Positions 18,227 through 29,065 of a DNA stretch of 64,000 nucleotides are shown piece by piece. Numbering within the stretch: the first letter of the stretch is position 1; each line of letters begins with the position of its first letter. The stretch is from Macrostomum lignano (lineage: Eukaryota), in assembly GCA_002269645.1 (NCBI GenBank), contig NIVC01002462.1:1-64000 (forward strand), written 5' to 3'. The position numbers were made by a program, and so were the translations under genes. The notes under the pieces were generated by a model that saw only the letters and a program-made list of their open reading frames with translations, had not been told where the DNA came from and ran no database searches.

Positions 18227-21200
18227 TCACAGCTCTGTCATGCTGGTGTCGGTGGTTGTCATTCGTTGACGCCAGCGCTTCTCGCCCGTCTTCGCTAGCG
18301 ACGAGCCCTTCTTGGTCTGCGACGCGGTCTCAGGGTCGGTGCCGTCGTCGTCGTTGTCTTTGTTTTTGTCCGCTGGTCCAGCCTCGACGCTCCCGTTGGC
18401 TTCGCACTGGCAGATTTGGCAGGGGCTGCCCTGAGCGTCGTTGCCCTTCTCAGTGCTTTTCTCATCGCCTGTCAGCATGAAGCTGCCTTTAAATAGCAGC
18501 GCGTAGCAGATGCCGCTGAGGCCGCCGCCACAGGACGGCCCGGCGATGTAAACCTGAAACAATCCGTTTTTATTAAGCAAAAGTGAATTCGTCAAAAGGG
18601 AGTTCGAATGCGTCAGGCATGCAATAAACCAACGATAGTGCTATATGGTTAGAAAAGCTACATGTTACTGGGGTACCGTAGAAAAAATGACTTCGAATTC
18701 GACTGAGTGACATAAGTCAGTTTAGTTTTACTACGTCTATGGAGAAATCCGATTCTGCAAGCTACAGAAATATCGCCACAGTGAGTGAATTTGACTGGTG
18801 AGATAGGTCAAGCAGTGCTTACGGCAAAAAGCAAAAAGGTGTCTTCAGATTCGACAAAATAAGTGAAGTGTCCCTACAGTCGGCTTGTATTTATGTCTCT
18901 TATGCCCCCCTCTCTTCCATCTCTGCCACTCTTGCAATCCTTAGACATGCCTTACATAAGTTTTCAATATCGAATGCATACGGACATATACACGGGTATA
19001 TTGGACTAATTGACATGCTATACTTTGCGTCATAATGCCACAAACTTTATCATTTCGACTAGCGTTGATTTACTTGGGTAGCAATGTTCTTCAGTTGCGA
19101 GTTGATCTTTAAGATCCTGTACGAATAATGATAGGGTTTTAAAACAGACACTTAGCTGGGAAAATGGGAAAATCTCTTTATACAAAATACACAGGGGTGA
19201 TAGCATTTTCCGTGGCTATAGTCTTTCTCTAAAATCAAAGCCAGGACCATTGTATATAGCCACAGTATATACAGTGGTCCTTGAATCAAAGTCGATCATG
19301 TTGAAAAAACAGCTCAGACAAAACGTATAATAGCTTCAGACGACACGATACTCTAAATGAATTAATAACAAATTGCCTGTTTTGCTATAAAATCTGGGTC
19401 TCACGTCACGACCCCACATTGGGGCGCTTTCATTAGGCCGAAATTTCACTTCGCCGAAAAGCACTCTCACTTGACCGAAACTTCACTAGGCCGAAACTTC
19501 ACATTGCCGAAAAATCATTTTAGCAGCATCATTTCTATGGTCGAAAGGGGATGTGAACTTTGCCACTCTGCTACCAAAGTGGAAGCACGATATGGTCACT
19601 CAGTTTTTTGTATGGAATATTTTCGACATTTCTGACTTCATTTGAGAGTGAACTCTGATTGCTTATTATTTTCATTGCATTTTCTGTCTGAGTCGGATGG
19701 ACTTTTAAGTTATAGAGTGTTTGTATGTTTTTTATGGCTCCTTTGAAAGCATGCAGATTTGCCTGGATTCCGATTCGTAGAGTATGCATGGCTCTAAGAT
19801 TCACTTTAATGTTACCATGTTAGTTTCGGCCTAGTGAAGTTTCGGCCTTATGAAAGAGCGTGCTAGTCATTTCGGAAAAGTGAAGTTTCGGCCAAGTGAA
19901 AGAGGCTGCTAAAATGATTTTTCAGCAATGTGAAGTTTCGGCAATGTGAAGTTTCGGCCTAGTGAATTTTCGGCCTTGTGAAAGCCCCCCCCCGCTGTCC
20001 CCCCACATTAATTTGGGAAAATTGAAGTTGTCGTCGCCAACCTCTCTGAGGGCCAACCCCCAAAAGGCACAGAGAATGTACATGCCTGACGATTAGAAAT
20101 TCAAGGTCGCGGTACACCCTGTGTGAGCGTGTGCATGAGTGCGGGCCTGTGTACAGAATTAGCGCTATTGAATTCGCTTAGGAGTCAACGGAACGGGCAG
20201 GATTGCCTCACCGCTGGGTGTGGGACGATGTCGCTGAAGGCGTTGTGCCAGGGTGCCCGCAACAACCCTCGGGCAAACTTTTGTTGAAATTTTAACATAC
20301 TCCACACGCTGCAGTAGTTCTTGAATGAACAGCCATGCACGTACCCAAAGCTGATCGTACCGACCGCTGGCAACGGCTGGCCCCAGCGTCCTGATTGGGT
20401 TCATGCTTGAGCCTGACAACACTGCCTGTAGTGGAAAGTGATTAATAAATAAACGATCGTAGAATATTTTCGTTGTACAGTTGTACTGGCTGTTTAGCTG
20501 GGAACATTACGAGAGTACTCAACGTAAAGGTCAACGCAAAGTATAGCTTTTCTGATATTATCATGAAAGAGAACTTGATGAGTGTGGTCCTAGATGAACC
20601 ACCATTCACGTGGGTTGTTAAATGGCGCATGGCCCATCTGTCTTGACCCTATGGTGCGCTGCACAAGAAACACAAGATGCCGGTTTTGAAACTTAATGAA
20701 CGAGTAAACAATAAACAGGATTCAGTCCTGGTCTAGCATATTCTCCACGATCCTTGTCCTGGAGCTGAACTTGCGCGCTCATGGCAGTGACAAATGTGAG
20801 CGTTGCTTCCATCCTTTCTTCCTGCGTCACTCATGGCTAGAAAAAACTTTCGAATAAACTATTCTGCGACTCCCTACAACCCGAAAAATTCCTCAATCAA
20901 TCAATTTTTGACGGTAGTTTGCTCTCGTCAATAATTTTTAGGGTTTACCAGACTAGAGAGCCGTAGTGAACCAAATGGATGCGGCGACAGACTTCGCGAC
21001 CACAAAGAAATGAAATTACAGCTTTGACCCTTCTGCGTATTTTTGTTTGGACTAAATTCAATACATGAAAAAGGCAGAAAGAAGCTATTGGTAAAGTAGT
21101 AAGTACCCTTTGATCCATAATGTCCATGAAATGCTACAGAACGATGCTCAGTGAAGCTATTTGCTATCAAGACCAATGCGCTCACCCCGGCGAAGATGCA

Positions 21201-21518
21201 GCAGCTGACTTGCAGTCCGGCAGCCAGCGACATGGAGCCTGTCTGGTCAAATCGCAGACGGTCTGTGCATGCTATCACCGGTAGAACCATCGCGAAGGTG
21301 AGCACCAGCTCCATGCCGAACGCTTGCGCCGGGTGCGTCAGCGTGGGATTGAACGAATTAATTCCGAATGAGGTAACGTTGTGCAGCTGGAACGGAGTCA
21401 GCAACTTCAGCAGCAGTGCGCCGGCAACGCCACCAGTGCACTGCATGGGTATGTACAGCAGAGTGCGGATCAGCGACACATTGCCTGCGGGGCGAAAATC
21501 GCGTGACAGGTCTATCTG

Positions 21519-21553
<35 letters not shown>

Positions 21554-21892
21554 GTCTATCTATCCATCAGGTGAGCCGGGCTCACCTGAGACAAAAAAGC
21601 CCAGTGTAAGCGCCGGGTTGATGTGGGCCCCGCTGATGTGTCCCAGGCTCCAAACAACGCACGCTACAATCAGGCCTGAGGTGAACCCGGCCCGCAGCAC
21701 CTTGGCGTCAACCGAGAAGCATTCGCTGCCATCGGGACTGATGGGGAAGTCGATGTTGGGCGCGCAGCAGAAGAACACCAGCAGCAAGGAGCCAACGCAC
21801 TCTGCTAGGCAGGCCCGCCACAGGCCGCGAGACCGCAGATCGCGACTCGAGCTGCTGACCATCCGTCTCAGGAGGCGGCTGGCAGCCGTCAT
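18227..21892 (-). CDS. Aquaporin (MIP family), 4 exons, 337 aa
   Basis: Exons 21586-21892, 21186-21484, 20345-20425, 18227-18553, GT-AG and phase-consistent (1014 nt). RACLAECVGS (TM1 Glu), GHISGAHINPALT (NPA1), AFGMELVLTF (TM4 Glu), SGSSMNPIRTLGPAV (second motif is NPI), WVYIAGP. Confidence 0.93.
19421..20000. mobile_element. MULE-like MITE (580 bp) inserted into a SINE
   Basis: 9-bp TSD CCCCACATT at 19412-19420 and 20001-20009. GGG...CCC termini. Inverted subterminal arrays of (AG)GCCGAAA(C/T)TTCAC. Confidence 0.8.
20001..20280 (+). mobile_element. SINE body, diverged copy (aquaporin intron 3)
   Basis: Aligns by eye with copies at 47124-47478 (-) and 61608-61946 (+): CACATTAATTTGGG...GAGGGCCAACCCC..AAGGCACAG..TGTACATGCCT..GATGTCGCT.AA.G..GCCAGGGTGC. 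Confidence 0.7.
21510..21568. repeat. (TATC)n microsatellite in aquaporin intron 1
   Basis: Direct reading. Confidence 0.9.
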
Positions 21893-24800
21893 GCGGAAAC
21901 GAAGAAGTCCGGACCGTCTCTTACCGCGTACCGAGGCTGCCTGTCCGGTCCCTCTTCGAGTTAGAAGAGGCTTAATGGCGTTCCGAATGCAATCTACGGC
22001 CGAATAAATAGCAATGCAGAAGCCTGTTCTGGGGCTTGCAGTACAGCTGCTAGCTATATGGAGAAGCGCAATGGAATACGGCTGCCTTGGCGTTTGTTTA
22101 AGTTATAAAAAACGGTGTCTCAGAGTATACTAGAATGGCAAGTTTACAATCGCTACTCAGCTAATTTATTGGCCAATAAAAGTGCCAGCTTTGGTCTCTT
22201 ACTGCGCTGAGATCTCCCTCTTGTTTTTCATTTTAGCTGACGACAAAAAAATGAAATCAAATTAAAGACTAGCTAACTTAATATTGTCCACCGTAGCGGC
22301 TCAGAATGCTTTACGCTCGTACTATAAATAATTTTATGGTAATGCAACAGGTTGAGACTTGTGGTCGGTTAATATAGACCCCACGACTGTTAATTGTTGA
22401 AAGGAAAAAAGGCATTAACTTGTTGCTATATATACCTGCTATATGACCTGCTTTGGTTGCAGTAAGTTGTCTCGTTAACAGTTATTATCTGACTGAGCTA
22501 TTTGTTGGCTCTTTAGCTGCATGTCATGTCAAAGCGATACCAATTTTTTTGAGTTTGGAAGATACTGAAAAACTAGATCCTATTGCTGTTAGGAAAACTC
22601 CCCAGTAGATTTTACGCTCTGCTCACTGTTCACTGTGCATATCACTCGCGACAGCATACAGTTGTGGCTTATCACTGACCGGGGCGAGTCAATATTGTTC
22701 GGAATTTTGCGTCAATCAATTTCGATTTTGACACCCATCAAACTTCTTAAGTCCACGCAAAGGAGATTGCACTTTTAATTCTTATCGCAAATGTGCATGT
22801 TAGGTATCTTAGTAGCATGTCATATAAACGTGATAGCCTGTATAGGTAGATAGCATTTAACTGCACTGAGTACTTTATCAGTAGTCACTTGCTGTCCCTT
22901 AAAGACTGCTAAACAGGCCTGAGGTGCCAAGCTCGATCAAATTTTCGGAGTGAATGGACACAATTGCAAAACCTTTACGAGCCGTAAAATGCATAACAGT
23001 TTTTTTCCGCAAGTCGTAACTTTTAAAGACACCCGTCATTGGGAATGCAAGCTGGCTTCTAAAGAAGACAGGCAAGACATAAATAACTGATTTATTTTTC
23101 TATTCCACGTCGAGTCTTGTCAGCTAATCTAAATAGTTATTTAATTATTGTTGGATAATAATATTGACAATTGTGACGTTGCCAGTTTGAGGTGGTCCCG
23201 AAAAGGGCCGTTGGACTACTGTTTCTCTATAGTTTCAACCCTTCAGTTTCACCGTTTCAACTAAACTTTTCCATTTGTTTATTGCGACGTTTACTTGTAG
23301 TAGTGCCCCACGATTTTGTGGCAATTTCTAATTCACTGTATATTTTGCTATCCTCTCTCGCGACCGTATAAAATTGGCACGATCGATAATTTTAAGTTCT
23401 CTCGCCAGCCAATGAAAACCACTCGTGCTTCGCGCTACCCCCCTCTGCGCTCCTTTATTAAACCCCCCGCCTGGCGGCGGCACTCCTCACTCCCGTCCTT
23501 ATCTGTGCTTCTCTCTTCCTCCCGGCCTGTCCTCGGCCTTGTTTTCCTTCTCTCTGTCTGGACCAGCCTGTTTACGCTGCCTGCCACTGTCTGCCACGGC
23601 TAACGCCAATCTCACCACTACGCATCTGCCACTGTTGTGCTCATCGCCGTTACTCACCACGTTGCATCGTCTTGCATCACTCGCCTACCACTCAACTACA
23701 ATCTCTAACTCACCTTCAATTCAAAACCATTGTTGCAGCCGCCAGTGCCCCAAAAGCGCAATAAGTTCTATATTGATATTAACCGCATCGAATATTGATC
23801 TCAACAATAATAACCAACTACGGCCAGTTTCCGGCCTTGTATGCCAAGTGCTCCGCTACGCAAATCCGCTATCAAGACTTGACTCGATTCATTTGGGACT
23901 AAAACGGCCCTTTTAAGGGTCACGGACAACATCAAATAACGTGACACAATAATTGCAGGTTGCAGAAGGGCTATGGGCGACATCGTCCGCATACCTTGAC
24001 AAATAACTAAGCGTTTCGTATGAGCCCCTATTTTCAATTAGATGGCATCTATACGTACATGTACGATCGCAGTCTACAGCGTGTGATATGACAGAGTAGT
24101 CGTGTTCAAGATACAAGCGTAGTCGAAAATCGTAATTATAATCATGATCGTTACTATTAAAAAGCAATCACTTGATTTTATAATCAATAATTAATGATTA
24201 TAACTCCGGAGGACACAATTATTTCTCAATATATAAGATACAGTAGAAGTGATTATTAAAATTAAATATTTTCCATCTTGGTGATGTACATGTACAAGTA
24301 GCATGACACTAAAAGCTACTGCGTTGACAATCGGATGGCTCGGCCTATCGGACTTCTTTTAGAATAACGATGCGGTGCAGTTGAGAGCACTGGAAGAACT
24401 AATAAACTCGACCGGCCGCTTTGGAGTAGAGCAAAACAGCTGTTTGTCTGCAACAATCTTATCATAGAAGGCAATTACACGAAAAGTAAAAAAACACGTA
24501 CATGTACATGTACAACACGCGATTTGTTATTCTGTGTGGGCCACAACATAACAGTTAAGGTTGTGCGTGCAAGCAGTCAGTCAGGGTGCAGAGGACGAAT
24601 GAATAAATTTGGCGACTGTACTCTTCGACAACTTTAGTAGCCCACATGACTATATAAAAAAGTAGAAAATGCGGAATATATAACTAGTGACTATTCAAGG
24701 TTCAGCAGGAAGCAAAAAAGCGGTAATTGCATGTGCAAGCTAGGGGACCTAGCTGTAGGATTTCTAGGGCAAATATTATATTTTGGCTCCCTTTCGTTAA

Positions 24801-25036
24801 CTAGTTTGATGGGTTTCGACCTTTCGGCCCCCTTGTGGGGAAGCCTTCGGGCCTCAGGTCTCAGAAATAAATCAATTAGAGTCCTGGCCCCCCCCCACTC
24901 CTGTCAGATGGTCAGCCCCATGGTAGCTTGATCGTGTGGCGAGCAGTCTAGGTCCTATAGCTAAGAGAGGGACAGCGAGAGACAAGCAGGGAGAATTTTG
25001 AAGGTAGAAATTAGTTAGACAAAACTCAATATTATT

Positions 25037-25074
25037 TGCGACGCGTTTCGGCTAAAACTAGCCATCTTCAGGCA
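25037..25074 (-). ncRNA. Minimal type I hammerhead ribozyme (antisense copy in 5' inverted pLTR)
   Basis: Exact reverse complement of the 27749-27786 motif. Confidence 0.85.
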
Positions 25075-25214
25075 CTATCGAACAGAATTTATTTCAACCT
25101 ATTAAATACTGTGTAGACGACAAAATCAGGTATTGAAAAGATATAAAAGGACTAAAGGATCAATGTACAGTATAGCAATGTTCATAATATTTTTTGTGGA
25201 ATGACAGGACAGAG

Positions 25215-25255
<41 letters not shown>

Positions 25256-25287
25256 GCGTATGCGCCCCAAATGTACTCTAGCTACAT

Positions 25288-27537
25288 TTGGGCGTAATAC
25301 TAATGCGTTTTACTTTAGTGAAGCGACAGCTCAGAGTCAACCAAGTTAAGTTGAGACGGCTGCGCCAACAACTGCAGATACGGAAAGAGCATCTGAGCTC
25401 TCGGCTGGGTGTGATTTCTTTCGTCACGCTGTGTCAACTTGTCTCAAAAAGGTCCAAAGAACAAGCTGACGTTGCCAAGGTGAAACTGGACAATAAGCTG
25501 AAGAGTCTCTGGATCGAGAAGCAATTCGCCTCTCCAATTCCGAACGCTGTTGTCAACCTTTCCCGGCATGAGCTTTCTCTAAATGAGCTACATGCACTGC
25601 AATTTGGTTTGAAACACCCGATTCTTCCTTCCAAGCTCAACAAGTTTCACCTCTTCTCTGAGTTAGAGAATGCCATTGGTAAGTGTACTCGACCTCTTAG
25701 TAATACCGGTAGCCGTGACGCGCACTTCCTTCCCGATGGTTGCAAGAACAGAATTATCTCTGACACTGATCACTTCTGCTCCCGTGCTCTCATGTCCATC
25801 AACAATAAACAGAACAAGTTTTTTCACAGAACCCTTAAGGACATCCGCAATAATGAACAAATCAAGATTTTGAGCTTTGACAAGGGCTATGGCGTTGCTA
25901 TTTTAGACAGTGCTGAATATGAGGCCAAAATGACCAACTTAATTCAAGACAAAACCAAATTTAAATGCTTAGGACCTGCCGATGAAAGGGTTACCGTGTC
26001 ACACCCTGTTCTTAAATCTGAACGCTCTATCCAAAACTATATTAGAACCTATGTCAGACCGCACATAAGTGACCATGTGTACAAGAAGATTATGCCGTGT
26101 GGGAGTCAACCTGGCCAACTCTATGGCTCGTGCAAGGTCCATAAGGAAGACAAACCATTGAGACCCATTGTGTCTATGCTGAACACGGCTGAATATGAGC
26201 TGGCTAAATTTCTAGACTCATTTATCAAGCCATGCATCCCTCAGGATTTCAGTTTGCGGTCCAATAGGGAATTCATAACAGCCATCAGCAATTACACCCC
26301 ATCTCGCGAAGATCAATTGTATAGCTTCGATGTCACCTCTCTATTTACCAATGTTCCGCTGAATCTGGCGATCGACATTGCTACCAATTTGGTCTTCAAA
26401 GACAACCCAGCGCCACCAATCCCGGAGAAAGTGTTTAAGAAATTGTTGGTTATTGCCACGTCTGGGATATTCCAATTCGGCGATAAGTACTTCCAGCAAA
26501 TTGACGGCTGCGCTATGGGCAGCCCTCTTGCCCCCACTCTTGCTAACGTTTGCATGTCACATTGGGAGAAAACCTGGATGGAAAAAAGCTGTGCTCCGAA
26601 ATTTTACAAACGGTATGTCGATGACACATGCGCTATTTTTGATAACGAGGAAGACTTTCTGCAATTTTTCAACACAATAAACGCCACCCAACCTAACATT
26701 AAATTCACCGTGGAATATGGTGGAAAGAAACTACCGTTTCTTGACATCGAGATCCATCTGAAGGACTGCGCTATTGAGACCGAAGTGTATCGCAAGCCCA
26801 CATTCACTAACTTGATGCTTAATTTCCAGGCGTTGTGCCCCAGGGAATGGAAGACGGGAGTCATTCGTTGTCTGCTTCATCGTGCCTATACAGTATGTTG
26901 CTCTTGGTCGTTGCTGCACAACGAGTTTACCAACATTATCAATATTCTCACTGCCAATGGATACCCTATCAACTACATCATGAAGGTTATTGGTAATTTC
27001 TTAGATGAAAAAATTGAAAAAAAGCTTAAACCTAAGCGGCCAGATAGAGAACCAGGAGAACCAATCTTGACTCTTCCTTTTTTGGGCAACTCTTCGATTG
27101 TGTTTAAGAGGCAAATTCGCAAAACTTGCCAAAAATTCTTTAAGACTAAGATTCATGTAGTGTTCCGTACTCATAAAGTCAGTCAATTTGTTGGGAGTTT
27201 AAAGTCTCGTGTTCCATGTGCTCTCAAGGCAGGTGTCATCTATCGTTTTCGTTGCTCTGTTGACCAGAGCATTACCTACATTGGTAAAACCAAGCGACAC
27301 CTACTCACGAGAGCCAAGGAACATAGGCAACGAAACTCTCCGATTCATGAACATTTGCTGCAATGCCATGGTTGTTGTGATGAGCCAGACATAACCTCTC
27401 ATTTCAAGGTCATAGACAACAGCAAAAATGAGCATAAACTTAACATTCTTGAAGCTCTGCACATTAAGTTACACAAACCCACTCTCAATGTCCAACTATC
27501 TGGAGGAGGTGCGAGTGAACAGCTGTTGGTGTTCTAG
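25288..27537 (+). CDS. Penelope-type reverse transcriptase with C-terminal GIY-YIG endonuclease (first ATG 25303; possibly N-truncated)
   Basis: Uninterrupted 749-codon frame. RT motifs LYGSCKVHKEDKPLRPIVS, YSFDVTSLFTNVP, QIDGCAMGSPLAP, YKRYVDD, LPFLDI. GIY-YIG GVIYRFRCSVDQSITYIGKTKRHLLTRAKEH...ILEALHIKLHKPTLN. Confidence 0.96.
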   Translation: MGVILMRFTLVKRQLRVNQVKLRRLRQQLQIRKEHLSSRLGVISFVTLCQLVSKRSKEQADVAKVKLDNKLKSLWIEKQFASPIPNAVVNLSRHELSLNELHALQFGLKHPILPSKLNKFHLFSELENAIGKCTRPLSNTGSRDAHFLPDGCKNRIISDTDHFCSRALMSINNKQNKFFHRTLKDIRNNEQIKILSFDKGYGVAILDSAEYEAKMTNLIQDKTKFKCLGPADERVTVSHPVLKSERSIQNYIRTYVRPHISDHVYKKIMPCGSQPGQLYGSCKVHKEDKPLRPIVSMLNTAEYELAKFLDSFIKPCIPQDFSLRSNREFITAISNYTPSREDQLYSFDVTSLFTNVPLNLAIDIATNLVFKDNPAPPIPEKVFKKLLVIATSGIFQFGDKYFQQIDGCAMGSPLAPTLANVCMSHWEKTWMEKSCAPKFYKRYVDDTCAIFDNEEDFLQFFNTINATQPNIKFTVEYGGKKLPFLDIEIHLKDCAIETEVYRKPTFTNLMLNFQALCPREWKTGVIRCLLHRAYTVCCSWSLLHNEFTNIINILTANGYPINYIMKVIGNFLDEKIEKKLKPKRPDREPGEPILTLPFLGNSSIVFKRQIRKTCQKFFKTKIHVVFRTHKVSQFVGSLKSRVPCALKAGVIYRFRCSVDQSITYIGKTKRHLLTRAKEHRQRNSPIHEHLLQCHGCCDEPDITSHFKVIDNSKNEHKLNILEALHIKLHKPTLNVQLSGGGASEQLLVF

Positions 27538-27563
27538 CTAGAGTACATTTGGGGCGCATACGC

Positions 27564-27608
<45 letters not shown>

Positions 27609-27748
27609 CTCTGTCCTGTCATTCCACAAAAAATATTATGAACATTGCTATACTGTACATTGATCCTTTAGTCCTTTTATATCTTTTCAATACCTGATTT
27701 TGTCGTCTACACAGTATTTAATAGGTTGAAATAAATTCTGTTCGATAG

Positions 27749-27786
27749 TGCCTGAAGATGGCTAGTTTTAGCCGAAACGCGTCGCA
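27749..27786 (+). ncRNA. Minimal type I hammerhead ribozyme in 3' pLTR
   Basis: TGC-CTGAAGA-T-GGCTA(GTTT)TAGCC-GAA-ACGCGT-C-GCA. It has the core CUGANGA and GAAA, a 5-bp stem II, a palindromic stem III ACGCGT and a 3-bp stem I. Predicted cleavage after GUC at 27783. This is the architecture known from PLE-associated minimal hammerheads. Confidence 0.87.
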
Positions 27787-28929
27787 AATAATATTGAGTT
27801 TTGTCTTACTATTATCTGTTAAGAGTGCTTCTCTACCGCAAGAAATTAGTTAATCCGCAGATTAGCTTACTCGCTGCCACCAGCCCGTACGTCCTGGCTC
27901 ACCACACCGGGACTCTCGAAATCGGGCTTCCGACTAGAAGGGGCTTTGCACTTACCTGCCAACTAGTGTCTTTTTGCTGTCAATCTCGAAGAAACTGCTG
28001 GGACTAGATCGCATTGGCCATGCAGGTACAGAGGGGACTTGTGCAGGGGATTCTTGCTGTGGCGAAACTATGGGGTAGCTACATGTACTATTACATTGCT
28101 AAATACGAAGAATTGTACTTTTGGCCATCAACGCGCCAACCAGCCTCTCCTAGCGCTGATGATAGGCTAACTCGAACATCAGAGACCGCATGATTCATTA
28201 CCCGAGCCGCTTGGCGAACCTAGAGTGCACAGAGTACATCTCTGGTGCCGATTCTGCACTACTGGCTGTTTTGCTCACTGATTTGATAGATTGATCGACT
28301 GAGAACTGCCTTGCCATTGGTCCACTGTGACCGGCGCCTACTAGCTTAGCTATTCATCTGAGCCATCGGCGAACAAAGAAATAAAACCGATAAAAATAAC
28401 TGTTAGATTTAACCTTCTCCTTAGATCACTTCACACTTCAGATTGAATTGGAGTTTTAGACTACTAGCAGTATTATTGAATGACTTCTGCCTCGATTACA
28501 GCACTACTGAACAAAATGAGCAAAAGTGTGCGCCTAATCCAGCTACTGAAACAGGCCGGGACAGATAAGGAATCACCCAATCAAGCAAGTCTAGGCAGCC
28601 TCTCACCCAACCAATCAGAAACTCAACAGCCGGAGACCATGGTAATCCACAGTGACCGAATCGGCTTAGTGCTTCGCAGCTGTAGGCCCGGGATGATACT
28701 GATGTCACAATCTTCGCTGATAGCTAGCAGGTGATGCTCTTCACTTTGATGTTCACTGCTGATGACCGGGGGGATTCGTCCTTGATGATGATGGGGGGAG
28801 TCGCAATCCGGGGATCAAGAAACGACGGTCAATTCCTGGCCGGTGGAGCCAAGGGTGGCACCCGGTGGCAAGAAGGTTTGCAAGGGTAGCACCCAGAAAG
28901 GTGGGGGTATAGCACCCGGAAAGGTGCTG

Positions 28930-29065
28930 TCCGAGCGGGCCAAAAACACCGGTTTAAATAGCCGCCAACTGGACCGCAGTTTGTTATAATGGGACACGTC
29001 GATTCTGATTGGCTGAGCCGATTTGTTAAAATGAGTGACGAATTTTCTGATTGGCTAAGCTCGTT
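28930..29065 (-). promoter_or_regulatory. Putative Pol II promoter (two CCAAT boxes + TATA-like), leftward, probably part of an LTR/TE fragment
   Basis: On the minus strand, AGCCAATCAG occurs twice (forward ~29005-29015 and ~29047-29057), followed by TATTTAAA (forward ~28952-28960). No host gene is attached. Confidence 0.35.

Larger units (their letters stand above)
25018..27805 (+). mobile_element. Penelope-like retroelement with inverted pseudo-LTRs
   Basis: An RT + GIY-YIG ORF is flanked by inverted repeats 25018-25284 and 27535-27805. These are identical by eye except (GA)16 versus (TC)18, and each contains a hammerhead motif. Confidence 0.95.

Noticed and set aside
23290-24200. ORFs 23316-24167 and CpG/pyrimidine-rich block
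   Set aside because: No protein motif, terminal repeats or TSD could be found. It may be a TE untranslated fragment, but I cannot support a call.
24790-24862. Canonical hammerhead on the minus strand
   Set aside because: The core reads CUGA directly into stem II, missing N7-G8-A9. Kept only as an unassigned structure.
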